Origin: Candidatus Hydrogenedentota bacterium | GTDB lineage: Bacteria; Hydrogenedentota; Hydrogenedentia; Hydrogenedentales; SLHB01 | Length of the DNA stretch: 64,000 nt | Direction: 5' to 3' | Assembly: GCA_963668025.2 (NCBI GenBank) | Contig: CAXXTH010000010.1 | Location: 384,001 to 448,000, forward strand | Shown here: positions 62,367 to 64,000 of the stretch, piece by piece | Layout: each line of letters starts with the position of its first letter | Numbering within the stretch: the first letter of the stretch is position 1 | The notes under the pieces: model-generated | What the model was told of the DNA's origin: nothing | Database searches by the model: none | What the model saw: only the letters and a program-made list of their open reading frames with translations | Program-made: the position numbers and the translations under genes

Positions 62367-62480
62367 GATCGTATCCTTTCTCTGTGCTCCTCTGTGTCTT
62401 GTGGTGAATGTTCCGGAATTTTACCACAGAGGCACAGAGGAGCGCGGAGAAATAAGCTTAAACAGAATGATACGCCCTTA
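62367..62480 (-). repeat. Cassette spacer repeat (stop-hairpin-RBS)
   Basis: TAAGGGCGTATCATTCTGTTT...GAGAAAGGATACGATC-ATG. Confidence 0.85.
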
Positions 62481-62814
62481 TTATTGGCCCGCTGCTTCCT
62501 CGTCTGCTCCGCTGTCCGGGATGCCCTGGAAATCCACTTCTTTCAGCGCATGTTTCCATGCATTGAACACTTCCAGCTTCCGGCCTGCGGATTCAATAAC
62601 ATCGAGTTCCAAGGACGCCAAAGTTACGAAGTGATGAATGATCCCATTGTTGTCTGGTTCAGGAGCAGGCACTGAATATAAAGGCCACTTAAGCAGAATC
62701 AAATAATGGCCCACTTTGGCCAGTGGGACGTATTCTCCGTTATTTTTGGCGAATACATTGTACCTAACAAAACACACGAAAATTCTGTTTGATGAGTATT
62801 GTTTTAGGGATATC
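62481..62814 (-). pseudogene. Truncated, internally deleted paralog of 52026-53063
   Basis: VPLAKVGHY..WPLYSVPAPEPD..FQGIPDSG then jumps to AAGQ-stop; no signal peptide. Confidence 0.78.
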
Positions 62815-63897
62815 TCACAATCCTTCATTATAGAACACATACAGCCCGTCTTTGCCTGGCGCGACGACATCCAACAGGCCGTTTCCCGTCAGATCCGCAA
62901 GGGCGAAATAAATGCCGCAGCCGGTGGCGCTGCGCGCGGGGCCATAATCGATGATTTGCTTGGAAAAGCTTTCTCCATTCCATTTGAAGTAATAAAGGCC
63001 CAATGGATCGCCGTCGCCTGGATCACTTCCCTTATGTGCGCGATACCGCTTGCCAGTAATCAATTCACAGGAGCCATCGCCATCGATATCCGCCCAAATC
63101 ATGTCATGGTATTGGCTGTTGAAGGGATCAATGGGGTGCTTGCGCCAGGCCCGGCAGCCATTCGCGCCGATGGTTTGTTCCCACCAATCCAAACCGTATC
63201 CATGCGCCTGGCCCACAATGAGTTCGAAACGTCCATCGCCATTCACATCCACGACAAGAATCGGCACGCTGGCGCAGCCGAGATCGAAATCGGGATGATA
63301 GGCCCATTCTCCCTGAAGCAGATTCTCTGGCGCTTCAAGCCAGCCATGGGCCATTACGAAATCCCCCCGGCCGCTCCCCGAAATATCTCCCCATCCCAAG
63401 CCATGGCCCTGCGGTTTGTTAAAAATAGCATGGGCGGCAAACCGGCCTAGCCCTTTGCCATTTCCGTCCACTTCCAGCTTGTACACGATGAGCGGCTGGC
63501 CCGGCGTATTCGGTACGATCTCTAGCACGCCATCCCCGTCCACGTCCCAGGCCCGCGTCGTTTCAATATTGCCGCACGCCGCGATAGGGTGCAGCGGCCA
63601 TTCCTTGCCCGGAACGCCGGGATTCTCCCGCCAGCGCAATTCGCTGGTGAACCAGGAGCCCGTGACGAAATCGAGAAAACCATCTCCATTTACATCCATC
63701 GCGATGGTGGAGAAATCATCATAATAATCGCCAAACGCCTGGATCTCGCCTATTTTATGCGCTTTCTTAAAATCAGGGCCTTCATACCAATACGCCCCAG
63801 AGACGATATCCGGTATCCCGTCATTGTTCACATCAAACACGCCCGCGGATTCGTATAGCTCATCCGCGATGAGTACTTTTCTGAATTTCAACGGCAT
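62815..63897 (-). CDS. FG-GAP/VCBS repeat protein
   Basis: Repeated DVNGDG..D motifs; GGAGGGGG RBS before ATG 63897. Confidence 0.9.
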   Translation of the reverse strand: MPLKFRKVLIADELYESAGVFDVNNDGIPDIVSGAYWYEGPDFKKAHKIGEIQAFGDYYDDFSTIAMDVNGDGFLDFVTGSWFTSELRWRENPGVPGKEWPLHPIAACGNIETTRAWDVDGDGVLEIVPNTPGQPLIVYKLEVDGNGKGLGRFAAHAIFNKPQGHGLGWGDISGSGRGDFVMAHGWLEAPENLLQGEWAYHPDFDLGCASVPILVVDVNGDGRFELIVGQAHGYGLDWWEQTIGANGCRAWRKHPIDPFNSQYHDMIWADIDGDGSCELITGKRYRAHKGSDPGDGDPLGLYYFKWNGESFSKQIIDYGPARSATGCGIYFALADLTGNGLLDVVAPGKDGLYVFYNEGL

Positions 63898-64000
63898 GGC
63901 TGCTCCCCCTCCATTCGGCTTTCCGCCGCCTCCCATCCGGTCCATGTAACTCGATTTAGACACAAATGCATGAATTGGATCAAAAAACAATGCGCCTCGT

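Noticed and set aside
51935-62480. Spacer repeats as a CRISPR array or attC sites
   Set aside because: About 110 bp long and separated by whole paralogous genes; no cas genes, no integrase, no RYYYAAC/GTTRRRY boxes
52026-62814. Diversity-generating retroelement TR/VR pair
   Set aside because: No reverse transcriptase in the window; differences between paralogs are not adenine-specific and include indels
1-64000. tRNA, rRNA, CRISPR, prophage genes
   Set aside because: No cloverleaf, rRNA signature, regular repeat-spacer array or phage structural gene recognised by eye; not computationally excluded

Overview
Bacterial chromosome segment, GC-rich core with AT-rich islands. LTGCP lipobox and VPVAG-type C-terminal anchor suggest Candidatus Hydrogenedentota, but this is a weak inference. 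Bases 1-14.7 kb are an insertion-sequence pile-up: ISAs1, two ISKra4 types, IS66 and an IS1182/IS5-like element, with readable nested target-site duplications, a truncated padR operon and AT-rich orphan ORFs. Bases 14.9-52 kb are mostly housekeeping and envelope genes: pdhC-lpdA, three YfhO/GT-C proteins, araB, an inserted Schlafen/AlbA_2 + ParA pair, an ArnT-like protein, aspC, a 6S-RNA-like hairpin, rny, ymdB, smc and others. Bases 52-63 kb hold the most unusual locus. A secreted Zn-metalloprotease gene has a (CT)12 tract that puts its signal peptide out of frame and is also split by ISAs1. It is followed by an exported partner gene, which recurs about 8 kb away as a tandem array of cassettes sharing a spacer+RBS unit. 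I read this as a candidate phase-variable protease/inhibitor (effector-immunity) system. A small DUF6788-like ORF accompanies three different IS types, frameshift-fused in two and divergent in the third. No rRNA, tRNA or CRISPR array was seen.
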